The notes beneath the pieces were generated by a model. It was not told the origin of the DNA. It saw nothing but the letters and a program-made list of their open reading frames with translations, and ran no database searches. This document shows positions 1 to 10,022 of a stretch of DNA of 64,000 nt, one piece after another. Numbering within the stretch: the stretch's first letter is position 1; the number at the start of each line of letters is the position of its first letter. Source of the stretch: an uncultured delta proteobacterium (GTDB taxonomy: Bacteria; Desulfobacterota; Binatia; UBA9968); NCBI GenBank assembly GCA_963745035.1, contig CAVUVW010000014.1, forward strand, positions 672,001 to 736,000, read 5' to 3'. The position numbers and the translations under genes were made by a program.

Positions 1-117
1 CTCACGGCCTACCCGTCGACGACGGAGGGTTATGCCAGCGAGATGAAGGCCCAGCAGGCAACTGAGAAGTTTGTGCAGGACCACATCGACAGAATTGCGC
101 CGTACGAGCGACCATGA
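1..117 (+). CDS. possible 3' end of a gene entering from the left edge
   Basis: Frame 1 is open from base 1 (LTAYPSTTEGYASEMKAQQATEKFVQDHIDRIAPYERP) to TGA at 115-117; convergent with the EamA gene. No family recognised. Confidence 0.3.
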   Translation, partial: LTAYPSTTEGYASEMKAQQATEKFVQDHIDRIAPYERP

Positions 118-206
118 CGCCGATTGAACCGCAGCACGCCGGCATCACAGAAAGACGGCGCGATTTGTCATTCGCGGCATAAATATTTGCAGCAAAAACG
201 CCTAAA

Positions 207-1067
207 CTATCCGACCGCCAGCCCCACCACACCCAACACCATCGCGCAAGCACCCGCCAAGCGCCGCGGCACATCGCCCTCGCCGAGCAAACGGGCGCCC
301 ATCGCCGTGCCGATGAGGATGCTGATTTCGCGCGCGGGCGCGACATAGCTCACCGGCGTGAACTGCATCGCCGTGAGCACGAGAATATAGGCGAGCGGTA
401 TCAGCACCGCGCAGGCGATGGCCTCGTATTTGTGCTCGCGCCACTCGAGCACCGTCTGGTCCGAATACTTGACCGCCAAAGGTGTGAGAAGTAGCGCTCG
501 TCCGACATTGGCGCCCCAATCGAGCACCAGCGGAGCGAGCCGGAAGTGGCTGACCGCCTGCTTGTCCCACAACGTATAAGCGGCGATAAAGAAGCCGGTG
601 ATGAGCGCATAGAATATCGCGTCCCGCGCTCCGCCGTGACGCAACTGCGAGACGTTCGTCGTCAACACCAGTGCGCCGCCTACAATCAACAGCGCGCCGA
701 CAAGCGCGATCGCCGACGGCCGTTCGCCGAGAAATAGGATCGCCGCGACGCTCGACAGCAGCGGACCGGTGCCGCGCGCCAGCGGATACACCAAAGACAA
801 GTCGCCGGCGCGGTAACCCTGGTTGAGCAGCACAAAGTACGCGGTATGCAGGGCGGCCGAACCGGCCATCAAGCCGATCGTTACGAAAGTGATCTGGATG
901 TCCCAAACTTTGATGATCGTGATCGTCGCCGGCGCGTAGAGGAGCGCCGAAAGAACCGCCACCAGCCAGGTAAAAGTAGGATGTCCGCTCGCCTGCTTGT
1001 TGAGCAAGTTCCACGTCGCGTGGATTACCGCGGCCGCCAGAATCAGCGTGAGAGCCCAGCCGGTCAT
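207..1067 (-). CDS. EamA/DMT family transporter
   Basis: 286 aa, about 10 hydrophobic helices; 'IHATWNLLNK', 'GDLSLVYPLARG', 'VSYVAPAREISIL' motifs. Confidence 0.9.
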   Translation of the reverse strand: MTGWALTLILAAAVIHATWNLLNKQASGHPTFTWLVAVLSALLYAPATITIIKVWDIQITFVTIGLMAGSAALHTAYFVLLNQGYRAGDLSLVYPLARGTGPLLSSVAAILFLGERPSAIALVGALLIVGGALVLTTNVSQLRHGGARDAIFYALITGFFIAAYTLWDKQAVSHFRLAPLVLDWGANVGRALLLTPLAVKYSDQTVLEWREHKYEAIACAVLIPLAYILVLTAMQFTPVSYVAPAREISILIGTAMGARLLGEGDVPRRLAGACAMVLGVVGLAVG

Positions 1068-1088
1068 GGGAAAATTCGGACCTGGTAA

Positions 1089-1583
1089 CTAAGGGGCAGT
1101 GGCGGCGGGGACAATGACGGAATCGCCGACGCGGATGAGCCCGCCGGAGAGAATATCGGCGCGCAAACCACCGCGGTGAACCAGGCCGCGCAGCGCGCCG
1201 GGCGCGCTTAGACTTTCCAGGTGGGCGCACGGATCGCAGAGCCGCATGCCGCGCAGACGGACTTCGCCGATCACAAATTCGCGGCCGACGAGATGATTTA
1301 ACGCGATCGCGCGCGTGACGATGTTGCGCCGCGCTTGGGCCGGGGAGATGGCGACGCCATAGTCGCGCTCCAAAGCTTCCAATGCCTCGCTCTCGATCAA
1401 GGTGACTTCTCTTCCCGTGCCCGGATGGCTGGAATAGGTGCCAGTTCCATCGTGATAACGATCTCCCCGCAATCCTCTGCCGGCAACGACAAACGCGTTC
1501 GCGATCGACTCCATCGGGGCAGCGCCGGTTCTTGCCACGTGAATCGAAACGATCGTGCCTCGCTCCCTATCTGCGCACGTCAC
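1089..1583 (-). CDS. MOSC domain protein
   Basis: 'GLRGDRY', 'RRNIVT', 'LCDPCAHL', 'RGGLRADILSGGLIRVGD' MOSC motifs. Confidence 0.88.
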   Translation of the reverse strand: MTCADRERGTIVSIHVARTGAAPMESIANAFVVAGRGLRGDRYHDGTGTYSSHPGTGREVTLIESEALEALERDYGVAISPAQARRNIVTRAIALNHLVGREFVIGEVRLRGMRLCDPCAHLESLSAPGALRGLVHRGGLRADILSGGLIRVGDSVIVPAATAP

Positions 1584-2437
1584 CGCTTTTTTGCAACCAA
1601 AGCCGCAAGCTCCGGCGTCTGCATGCTGTCCTTGAGCATATTGCAGGTGCCCTTTTCCAAAATTTCCTGCGCCAAGCGCTTTGTGGCGGTGATCGCCGCC
1701 TTGGTGAAGCCCGATCCGTAACTGACGCGGGCGACGCCAAGATCCTGCAACTCTTTAACGCTCGGTGATTGCGGACCGGCGAGGATGCTAATCGGCGCCT
1801 GGACTTCTTTCGCCACCGTGCCGATTGTTTCAGCCGAATGGAGGAACAGGTAAAAAATGCAGTCGCCACCCGCTTCGGCATAGGCGTTGCCGCGATGAAT
1901 CGCCTCATGGAGCGCCCTCTTGGGATCGTCGGGCATGACGTGGAAGGAGTCAACGCGTGCATTGAGGAAAAACTCGCTGCCAAGCTCGCGCTTGGTTTCC
2001 ATGACCGCTTTGATTTTGCGCAGTTGCTCGGAAAGCTCGACCAATCCGCCCTTGCTTTTCGACGCGCCGTCCTCGAGATTCATCCCGGCTACGCCGCGCG
2101 CCACTAGCGCGCGCACGGTGTCCCTCACGCCGACTTCATCGCCGTAACCGCGTTCGCCGTCGGCATTGAACGGCACGCTCACCGCCGCTGCGAAGTTGCC
2201 GCTGAGTTCAATAAATTGATCCCGGCTCATCATTTCGCCGTCGAGATATCCCACCGCCGCGGCGATGCCGCCGCTGGTGCCTTGAATCGCCTTAAAGCCC
2301 ATCTGCTCGAACAACAGCGCGCTCAAGACATCGTAGGCGCCCGGCATAATCAAAATCTCCGGTGCTCGGACGAGATCTCTGAGCTTCCGGCTTTTTTCAT
2401 TTGCCGCTGCAATCACAGCGGCCGAAACTGTTTCCAT
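1580..2437 (-). CDS. isocitrate lyase/PEP mutase family protein
   Basis: 'PGAYDVLSA', 'NADGERGYG', 'GMNLEDG', 'LNARVD'; ATG 2437 is preceded by GGAGG. Confidence 0.88.
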   Translation of the reverse strand: METVSAAVIAAANEKSRKLRDLVRAPEILIMPGAYDVLSALLFEQMGFKAIQGTSGGIAAAVGYLDGEMMSRDQFIELSGNFAAAVSVPFNADGERGYGDEVGVRDTVRALVARGVAGMNLEDGASKSKGGLVELSEQLRKIKAVMETKRELGSEFFLNARVDSFHVMPDDPKRALHEAIHRGNAYAEAGGDCIFYLFLHSAETIGTVAKEVQAPISILAGPQSPSVKELQDLGVARVSYGSGFTKAAITATKRLAQEILEKGTCNMLKDSMQTPELAALVAKKR

Positions 2438-2558
2438 CACGGCCTCCTTGAATTCAAGTGAATTGTGCCTTGTATCGTAAGGCCTAGGGGTTGCTCGAAG
2501 CAAGCGCTACCGGCTCTGAGAGCCGCACAGTTCGGTGCATGGGCGAAAGAGCAGATGT

Positions 2559-3923
2559 TTAAGATGTGCGCAAAGACGTCGCGTGCCACCGGTCCATGTG
2601 ATAGCGCTCCGTTTCGGAAAGCGCCTCGGCCCGGTAGAAACGGTCATAAAACTCGGTGTCGAGATGGCAGGCTTGAAAACCAAGCACTGTGCGGAAGGGT
2701 GGCATGTACGCGGGAAAGCGACCGTAGCGATTGTAAATATATTCGCAATACGCAGTTGTAGCTTCTACCGCCGCGGAGCTGATTTCGGCGACGGCGTTGG
2801 TGACCGCCGCCGGCTCGCGCCATGCGCTATGCGCCGCGCCGCCGCGGAACAAGCCGCGCGCGCCATATTTCGTTTGAACCACGGCGCGCACGGCTTCTTT
2901 CATGCTCGCGTAGTACGGCGGGCAGTAAGGCTGGAGTAAAATTTCATTGTCCTGTTCCAAGCCCAAAGCATAGGGAACGCCTGGATCGCGCCCGAGAGCG
3001 CGCATCAACCCTCTGGCGAAAGTACCGGCGCCGAAGTACCGGCTCGCCGGCATCTCGGCCATGCGAAATCCGAGAGCCTGAAACCAGGCGAATTCGTGCT
3101 CGGCAAAGTTGGCAAAGCCGCCGAGGCCGATGGCGTGCGACATCAATCCTAAATTTTGCAGCATCATGCCTTGCTCGACGGTGACGAGCTCCGCGACCAT
3201 GAGCTCCAGGCGCTGCACCGTAAACACGCGGCCACCGGCGGGGTCGTCATGCAAATGCCCGCCCTTGCTGCGCGCGAAACGGTCCAGACCAGCGGCGCGA
3301 AATCCCGCGCGCTCGTCAATCACAAATGCGCCGCTATGCTCGTCGAACACGTCGAGCAATCCGTTGATGTACATGAAAGTCAACTCGTTGATCGGCAAAA
3401 AATACGTCGTTCCCGGGGCATACAGAGACCAGCGGTTCACGTTGACGTTGAACATCGGCGCCAGCGGAGGCGCCGCGCGGCCGTCTTTGATCTTGACTCG
3501 CATGCGCCGGTACAGCTCGGTGAACTGCCGCTGCTGCGCTTGGTCGAGCAAGGCGTGAATTTCCTGCGGCGGAAAATCTTGCGGGCGCTTGATCAGGTAA
3601 GCGGCATCGTCGTTGATCACAACCAATGAGACGGTTTGTATGGCGTCGCCGCTGGCGATCGTGCGGCCGAGCGCGCGCGCCACGATGGCACCGCCTTGCC
3701 CTTCGGCAAAGGACAGGTCGAGTAGAGCGAATCCCGTGATGCCGCAGGCGGCGTAAGTCAGCAGCGCTTCTTCTTCCTCGGTCAACGGAAACGAACGGTG
3801 CCGGCTGTCGTAGGCCAGGGGCCCGCTTGCCATCTTCATGCCCAAACCAAAGCGCCGCGAGCGCCGCTTGATCAGCGCGTCGAGGAGCGGATAACCGGCC
3901 CATGGCAGGCTCGTTTCAGACAT
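2559..3923 (-). CDS. large nitroreductase-fold protein of unknown function
   Basis: 'KRRSRRF' and 'EQGMMLQNLGLMSHAIGLGG' resemble nitroreductase FMN-binding motifs; ATG 3923 has a GGGAGG SD. Confidence 0.65.
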   Translation of the reverse strand: MSETSLPWAGYPLLDALIKRRSRRFGLGMKMASGPLAYDSRHRSFPLTEEEEALLTYAACGITGFALLDLSFAEGQGGAIVARALGRTIASGDAIQTVSLVVINDDAAYLIKRPQDFPPQEIHALLDQAQQRQFTELYRRMRVKIKDGRAAPPLAPMFNVNVNRWSLYAPGTTYFLPINELTFMYINGLLDVFDEHSGAFVIDERAGFRAAGLDRFARSKGGHLHDDPAGGRVFTVQRLELMVAELVTVEQGMMLQNLGLMSHAIGLGGFANFAEHEFAWFQALGFRMAEMPASRYFGAGTFARGLMRALGRDPGVPYALGLEQDNEILLQPYCPPYYASMKEAVRAVVQTKYGARGLFRGGAAHSAWREPAAVTNAVAEISSAAVEATTAYCEYIYNRYGRFPAYMPPFRTVLGFQACHLDTEFYDRFYRAEALSETERYHMDRWHATSLRTS

Positions 3924-4017
3924 AGGTACGCCTCCCAACCGGCGTCTTATCACAGATCATGGTGCGAGAGGCTGGGAGAAAAGCTGCCGCAGTAGGCTGT
4001 CCGTCAACGGTGTGTTT

Positions 4018-4086
4018 ACCGTTCATGGTTCGAAAACTTCGAACGGCTCCGCCTCAGCGGTTCGCCTTGGGGCTGTGTCGAAGGAC
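4018..4086. repeat. degenerate REP-like palindrome pair
   Basis: CCGTTC-ATGGTTCGAAAACTT-CGAACGG followed by GTTCGCCTTGGGGCTGTGTCGAAGG in an intergenic gap; resembles REP-type units (from recollection). Confidence 0.4.
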
Positions 4087-4118
4087 TCGCTCGATGATCA
4101 CGACTTTCTTTGGCGAGG

Positions 4119-5714
4119 TCACAAGCGAATCAAGCCGGCGCTCATAAGCGCCTGCCCGGTCAGCCCGATGCCAAAAAACACGATGAATGCTGACGACGTG
4201 AGCGGCAGCCAGCGGGTGAGTAGCTGTCCTTCACCCTGGAACCGTGCCATAAAGCGGCGCGCGTAGACCATCAGCAGCCCAACGGCGATCAGCACGGCAG
4301 CCAAGCCGACGCTAAAGGCCACGATCAGCAACAGGCCGAAGCCGACCCGCTGCAGTGACACCGCGCTCAGCAGGACGACCAGCGCAGCGGGACATGGAAC
4401 GATCCCGCCGCTGATGCCGAGCGTGAGAAGCTCCCGCGGCGACACTGCATGGCGATGATGATGTGAATCGCCATGCGCATGGTGATGGCCATGCCCGGAA
4501 TGATGGTGATGATCCTGATCATGATGACCATGATCAGGACGATGATGTGCCGCTTGTTTCACGCCAAGCCGGCGCACGAACAGAACGATGCCCAAAACGA
4601 TAATCATCACGCCGGAAGTTAGCGCCAGCCAGGGATAAAGTTTCTCCGGCACGACCTGCGCGGATGCGTAAAGCACGATGCCGCCGAGCAGGTAGACTGC
4701 GGCGGTATGCGATGCGGTGACGATAAGCCCAAGAAGCAAGGCGTGCTTCGCCGTCCCGCGGGAGCCGATGAGATACGCCGCCACCAGCGTTTTACCGTGG
4801 CCCGGCTCGAGAGCATGAAACGCGCCGAGGGCGGCGGCGACGAGCAGGGCAAATAGAATCATCGACCAGTTCAACTGTTTGGTCGCGATCAGCTCGGTAA
4901 AAGAATTCTTCGGCGTCAATTGCCGGTTTGGCCGCAGCGCAGGAGCGGGCTCTTCAATGCTAGATTCCGCCGCCTTACTCTCCTGCGGCGCGACGACTGC
5001 GGCAACCGGAACAGCCGGCGCGGCGGCTTTGGCAACGTCCGCGGCGACCGATCGACGGGACGGAACGACTGCGGACGATTCGTTCCTCACCGTTACAGCG
5101 GCACCCCCGACGGCGAAGCTCAATCTCACCTCCAATACCTGCGGTGGTGCATTCAGCAGATCGCTGGGATAGTCCGATAGTTGTGCGCTTTGGTCTTTGG
5201 CCGGCACCGAGCTTTGGATCAACGACGCACCATTCTCGGCGCCGGCGATCACTTCCTTCCAACCCGCGCGCCCGGGGAAATTTCCATCACGATAGAAGAG
5301 CTCGCGGCGTCCGGCCGGAGAATTGTCGAAGCTGCCCTTGAAGACAGTGCCGATTTTCATCGTCGGCAGCGCGCCCGCTCCTTCGGGAAAGAGAATCTTC
5401 CGAGACTCCAGGCGCAGCGGGATTTTTTTGCCGTCCACTTCGAGCTGCAAGCCGTCGCGCAGAGCCGCCGCCTTGCCATCGAGATAACTCGATACGCCGG
5501 GCGCACCGGGCGCCGGCGCAATGCCGTTCTGCTGGATTTCCTGAAAAGTCGGAATCTCCGCCATATCGACGATGTAGCGGAGCTCGACCTCGTCCTTGCC
5601 AACGCGCAGTGCGGAATACTGACTGATACTGAAATTGCCCAGCGGGTGGGCGGAAACGTCGGCGGCCCAGAAAAGCAATAAAGCGATCAAACCGGCCGTC
5701 GCTCGGGCGCGCAT
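4119..5714 (-). CDS. exported domain fused to His-rich Ni/Co transporter (RcnA/NiCoT-like)
   Basis: Signal peptide then 'AHPLGNFS'; C-terminal 'HALEPGHGK', poly-His loop and 'GIVPCPAALVVLL'. Confidence 0.85.
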   Translation of the reverse strand: MRARATAGLIALLLFWAADVSAHPLGNFSISQYSALRVGKDEVELRYIVDMAEIPTFQEIQQNGIAPAPGAPGVSSYLDGKAAALRDGLQLEVDGKKIPLRLESRKILFPEGAGALPTMKIGTVFKGSFDNSPAGRRELFYRDGNFPGRAGWKEVIAGAENGASLIQSSVPAKDQSAQLSDYPSDLLNAPPQVLEVRLSFAVGGAAVTVRNESSAVVPSRRSVAADVAKAAAPAVPVAAVVAPQESKAAESSIEEPAPALRPNRQLTPKNSFTELIATKQLNWSMILFALLVAAALGAFHALEPGHGKTLVAAYLIGSRGTAKHALLLGLIVTASHTAAVYLLGGIVLYASAQVVPEKLYPWLALTSGVMIIVLGIVLFVRRLGVKQAAHHRPDHGHHDQDHHHHSGHGHHHAHGDSHHHRHAVSPRELLTLGISGGIVPCPAALVVLLSAVSLQRVGFGLLLIVAFSVGLAAVLIAVGLLMVYARRFMARFQGEGQLLTRWLPLTSSAFIVFFGIGLTGQALMSAGLIRL

Positions 5715-5718
5715 CGTC

Positions 5719-7029
5719 CTATCTCCCTTCCGCGGATTGAGTCGCGGCGACTCGCGCGCTGTCGCCGTCCATCTGCTGCAGAATTCTCTGCGCCTGTTCG
5801 GCGAAAAGAATATGAAAGTGGGGATTGGTCACGAGCGCGCGGCTTAAAAATTTTCTTGCCTCGTCGAGCTCGCCCAGGCCGTAATGGATCATGCCGGCGT
5901 GAAAAAACAGCTTCGCATCACGGGTTCCGAGCTTGAGCGCTTTATGGATCGCTTCCCGCGCCGCTTTCAGCTCGCCGTTTTTATACAGGTTCCAGGCCAA
6001 GACATCGTATGCGTAGATATCGCGCCGATAGTCCAGTTCCCGCCGGGCCAGCTCCAGGCTTTCCTTCGGATTCATATCGTGATCGGCGTAAAAATAAGCG
6101 AGCTCGCGGTTGTAGAGCGCCTTATTGAGCGCGTTGAGCCTGCCGACGTATTCGACCAATGCGTATTGCTGGCGGGCCAATTCGGGCTTGCCGACTCTCT
6201 CGTAGATCTCGCCTAGCGCTGCGGCGTATTCCGGCATCGGCAAGATCGCGAGCGCTTTTCGATAAAGTTCGATGGCTTCGTCGTACCTTTTCTCCGCCGC
6301 GCGTACCTGCGCCAGGCCGGAGAGTCCACGATAGTAATTGGCATGGGTATCGAGGGATTGCCGAAAACAGGTCTCGGCTTTCTCCAAGTCACCGGCGACG
6401 AAGTGCTCCATACCGAGCTGCCACTCCGCCCACGCGACGCTTTCCGCGGGCTGCTTGGCGATTTTACCAGTGCCAACCGCCCGCTCCAGATCGGCGATCG
6501 CCCCCGCGCTATCACCGCGCAAGCTTTTCAGTCCCGCCAGCCGGCTATAGGAATATAAACTTTGATCCAGCTCCATCATGTAAGCGTAAGCCGCTTGCGC
6601 CTCGGCGTATTGGCCCACCTCCAAGAGCGCGTCGCCCAAGACACCGTAGGCATCGGCGTCTTCGCCATCTCTTTCGATCGCTTGGCGCGCGTAGAGCGCG
6701 GCGGGCGCGAACTCGTGGCGCGAGTAATGGACGTAGGCCAGATGGCGCAGCGCGCCGGCGTTGTGCGGCGCGAGCTGCAAAGTTCGTTTGAGCGCCTCTT
6801 CGGCGCGGTTGAAGTAACTTGGCTCGCCGGTCTCGCGGGCCTTGCGAATGAACGCGTCGGCGAGTCCCAAGTAAACGTTGGCGTTGCGCGAATGGCGCCG
6901 GAGCAATTGTTGGTAGTAAGCGATCTGGTTGTCGGTTCTAATCTGCTGCGCCACCGCTAAATGCGGTGTTACACTGAAAACGCCGAGCAGGACTAGCATC
7001 ATGGTGATCGGGCGTTGCTGGAAGTTCAT
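5719..7029 (-). CDS. exported tetratricopeptide repeat protein
   Basis: Signal-like N-terminus from ATG 7029 and multiple TPR-like helical pairs. Confidence 0.85.
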   Translation of the reverse strand: MNFQQRPITMMLVLLGVFSVTPHLAVAQQIRTDNQIAYYQQLLRRHSRNANVYLGLADAFIRKARETGEPSYFNRAEEALKRTLQLAPHNAGALRHLAYVHYSRHEFAPAALYARQAIERDGEDADAYGVLGDALLEVGQYAEAQAAYAYMMELDQSLYSYSRLAGLKSLRGDSAGAIADLERAVGTGKIAKQPAESVAWAEWQLGMEHFVAGDLEKAETCFRQSLDTHANYYRGLSGLAQVRAAEKRYDEAIELYRKALAILPMPEYAAALGEIYERVGKPELARQQYALVEYVGRLNALNKALYNRELAYFYADHDMNPKESLELARRELDYRRDIYAYDVLAWNLYKNGELKAAREAIHKALKLGTRDAKLFFHAGMIHYGLGELDEARKFLSRALVTNPHFHILFAEQAQRILQQMDGDSARVAATQSAEGR

Positions 7030-7094
7030 CGGGTCGCTCCCTTTTGGAATTGGCCGGAGGGAGAGATCACTCTCCGCTCCGGCATGAGATAACG

Positions 7095-8684
7095 TTACTG
7101 CTCGACGCACGGCGCTCCGGTCGACTGCACGCAGTCGATGTGCCGCCGGCCGCGGCCGTCATAGGGAGTCGGTAGATAGGGAAACTCCTTGGCGATGCCG
7201 TTCAAGGTCACATCGAGGCGGTTGCCGGCGATCATTCCATAGCCCGGCCCGTCACTGACGCCCGCGCCGGGCGCGCCGCCGAGGAAATTGACGCCGTCGC
7301 CGGCCAGACCCGCGATATAGTTGGCGCCGCCGACCACGCGCAACGCGATATCGGTGACATCGTCATTGGGTCGCCGGCCGTTAGGGAATCCGGCCGCATC
7401 GTCGGCCAAACCGCCGAGCCGTTTCTGGTTTTCCGGCTGGACCGGCGCCGCTTTCAAATTGAGGCGCAGCAATTCGGCGCACGGGCTCCCGCAGTTGTTG
7501 CCGCTCAAGGGCTGACCCGTATATTTTAGAAATACGCTCATCAAGTCGGTGCGCGGCGTCGCCGTCACCGGCACGCTGAAGATCAGCTCCAGCGCCAGCG
7601 CGATCGAGGGATTTTTGTAGAACTCCTGGAACTTCGCTTCGCCTTCCGGTTCTTGAGAGTTCCAGAAATCTTTCGCCGAAGTATCGATGATCAGCTCGTT
7701 CACCAGCGGATTGGCCAAGCGCGACACCTGAACCCACGGGCCGGCGAGTTTCGTCGTACCGTCGCCTTTTAACTGCTTGATCTTCTGTTTCGCGGTCGAC
7801 GCATACATGCCGATCACCGCTGCGGCGGTTTGCTCTGCCGACTTGCCGTCCTGGGTGATGCGCGTAATCGGCACCTCAATAACGATGCTGTTCACGTTGG
7901 TGCCGCTGAACCGGTTGATGCCGAACGGATCTCGGCCGTCGTTGCCGTCTTCCGCCGCGCTGAGCAACGGCGGGAAGCGGCGCAGGTTGGCCGTGTCGAA
8001 CACCGCGCCGAGATCAATGTAGAAAGTTTCCGCGCGCTGCCCGGCGAATACTTTGATGCCGGTCGAGGCGTCGCTGTAGACGCCTTGGGACGCCAGGTCT
8101 TCATAATTCTTAAAAGTTGCCGGACCGACGTTGCTCGGCACCGCGATGAGCTTTTGGCCTCTGAACAGCTCGGTGCGCTTTTTGCCCCGCACTTCGGTGA
8201 CCGTGTAGGTTTGCCGGCGGGTCAAGCCCTCGGAACCCGGGCCATCGAGCTTGGTAATTCCTTGAAGCTCGGCGACCGGAATCTTCGGATTGCCGACATA
8301 AGCCAGGGGAAATTCCAGTTGTCCCAACGCCGGCCGGTTTTCCGTCTTGAAGCGAAATTCGTAGACGATGTCCTCCGCCTTGCCGTCCTGATTGTTATCG
8401 ATGTTGACGGTGTACAGCACCTCGTCGTCGAAGTTGAAATAGTTCGGGCCGTCGGCCGGCTCTTGGCCCGGGATCACGTTCATGATGAACACCGCCTTGC
8501 TCGGATCCTGCCAGCTGCGAAAGGCGTAGGTGTCGGTGTTGTCCGCCGCCGGGTCGAGGGCGATGAGCGGTGCCTCCCGATGGCTGGCGGCGCCGGCCGG
8601 CGGAGTCATGGTTGCAAGCGCCATGAGCGCGCTCAGCAAAACAGCGGTGGCCCGATGGATGGGTTTTTTCTTGACGGATTGCAT
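7095..8684 (-). CDS. DUF4331 domain protein (secreted)
   Basis: Signal peptide then 'ASHREAP..DNTDTYAF', 'QVSRLANPLVNE', 'GFPNGRRPNDDVTD'. Confidence 0.85.
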   Translation of the reverse strand: MQSVKKKPIHRATAVLLSALMALATMTPPAGAASHREAPLIALDPAADNTDTYAFRSWQDPSKAVFIMNVIPGQEPADGPNYFNFDDEVLYTVNIDNNQDGKAEDIVYEFRFKTENRPALGQLEFPLAYVGNPKIPVAELQGITKLDGPGSEGLTRRQTYTVTEVRGKKRTELFRGQKLIAVPSNVGPATFKNYEDLASQGVYSDASTGIKVFAGQRAETFYIDLGAVFDTANLRRFPPLLSAAEDGNDGRDPFGINRFSGTNVNSIVIEVPITRITQDGKSAEQTAAAVIGMYASTAKQKIKQLKGDGTTKLAGPWVQVSRLANPLVNELIIDTSAKDFWNSQEPEGEAKFQEFYKNPSIALALELIFSVPVTATPRTDLMSVFLKYTGQPLSGNNCGSPCAELLRLNLKAAPVQPENQKRLGGLADDAAGFPNGRRPNDDVTDIALRVVGGANYIAGLAGDGVNFLGGAPGAGVSDGPGYGMIAGNRLDVTLNGIAKEFPYLPTPYDGRGRRHIDCVQSTGAPCVEQ

Positions 8685-8744
8685 GGTCGATACCCCCTTC
8701 ATTTGCGTTTGTGTTTTTCGCGTCGTTCGCTTGAGCTCGCCGCA

Positions 8745-9989
8745 CTAGTGCTGGGCAAAGCGCTCCGGGAATTGCTTGGCGATCGCCGTGCCGAGCGGAT
8801 CGGCGATCATCGCCATGTGACTGGCGGCCATGCGCAGATTCGCATAGACCTTCTGCCACTCGCGGGCAGCCTGAGCATCGACCACGTCCTTGAGCGTAAT
8901 GATGTGCCCTTTGACCAGCTCGGCCACAGTGTTTTTGGGCAGGTTCGGATTCGCCGAGGCCAAGAATGCGCCGAAGTCCTCGCTGTAACTAATAAGATCG
9001 TTGACCGCCCTATCCTGCTTGGCTTTGTCTTTCGCCGCGAGGCCGGTCGTATAGTCGACGACGAAACCGATGTGCTTGCGCCACAACGGCAGGAAGGCTT
9101 TCTCGGCGTCGGCGCCGTATACCGAGCCGATCGCTTTGGCGATGTCGATGGAATTTTGGTCCAGCGCATTGGCCGCGGCTTTGAACTCCGCTTCGCGGCC
9201 GCCCAGCGCCGAACCCGTGGCCATGGCTGCGATGATCGCATGCTCGCGCAGCGCCATGTTCAGCGTCGTGCGCAAGGTGGCGGCGGGAGCATCCGGCGCG
9301 CCGGGGAACCGATTGGGGAATTGCTTGGCGATCGCCGCGGCAAGGGGATCGCCGATCATCTGCATGTGATGATACGCCGAGCGCGTCGCCGCATACGCCT
9401 TGGGCCAGTCGCCGGCGGCCTGCGCATCGACGACGTCTTTCAAGGTAAGAATATGACCTTTCACCAAATCGCCGACCGCGCTCTTCGGCAGGTGGGGATT
9501 GGCAGAGCTGAGAAACGCGCCGAAGTCCTGGCTGTAGCCGAGCAAATCGGCGACGGCCTTGTCCTGCTTCGCCTTGTCTTTCGTCGCCGCGCCGGTGGTG
9601 TAATCGACAAAAAAGCCGATGTGCTTGCGCCACAAGGGCAGGAACGCTTTCTCGGCGTCGGCGCCGTACACCGCGCCGATCGCCTTTGAAATATCGATGG
9701 AGTTGGCGTCGAGACCGCCGACGGCGCCCTTGAATGCCGCCTCGCGCCCGCCGAGCGCATGACTCGTCGCCACCGCCGCGATCAACACGTGCTCGCCCAA
9801 GAGCGCGTTTAGATTCGATCTGAGGTCTGCCGCCGTCCACTTGGTATCCTTGGCGTCCGTCATTGAGCCATGCATCGAGTGATGTTGCATGGGTCCTGAA
9901 GATCGATCCCAGCCCGTCTGGCCGCAACCCGATGAAACCAGCGCAGCCAAGACCGATCCGCCGATGATTCGTGCAACTTTGCTTTTCAT
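8745..9989 (-). CDS. putative lipoprotein with two tandem ~183-aa helical His-containing domains
   Basis: Lipobox 'LVSSGC'; His/Met-rich 'MQHHSMHGSM'; duplicated unit containing EH, LWRKH, KGH and HM. Confidence 0.8.
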   Translation of the reverse strand: MKSKVARIIGGSVLAALVSSGCGQTGWDRSSGPMQHHSMHGSMTDAKDTKWTAADLRSNLNALLGEHVLIAAVATSHALGGREAAFKGAVGGLDANSIDISKAIGAVYGADAEKAFLPLWRKHIGFFVDYTTGAATKDKAKQDKAVADLLGYSQDFGAFLSSANPHLPKSAVGDLVKGHILTLKDVVDAQAAGDWPKAYAATRSAYHHMQMIGDPLAAAIAKQFPNRFPGAPDAPAATLRTTLNMALREHAIIAAMATGSALGGREAEFKAAANALDQNSIDIAKAIGSVYGADAEKAFLPLWRKHIGFVVDYTTGLAAKDKAKQDRAVNDLISYSEDFGAFLASANPNLPKNTVAELVKGHIITLKDVVDAQAAREWQKVYANLRMAASHMAMIADPLGTAIAKQFPERFAQH

Positions 9990-10022
9990 GTTTTCCCTCC
10001 CGTGAATTGCCCTTTTTTGGAT

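Noticed and set aside
4450-4550. (TGA/TGG)n low-complexity tract
   Set aside because: Encodes the poly-His loop of the Ni/Co permease.
7830-9689. 619-aa plus-strand ORF
   Set aside because: Antisense shadow of the DUF4331 and repeat-lipoprotein genes; expected in GC-rich DNA, no motifs.
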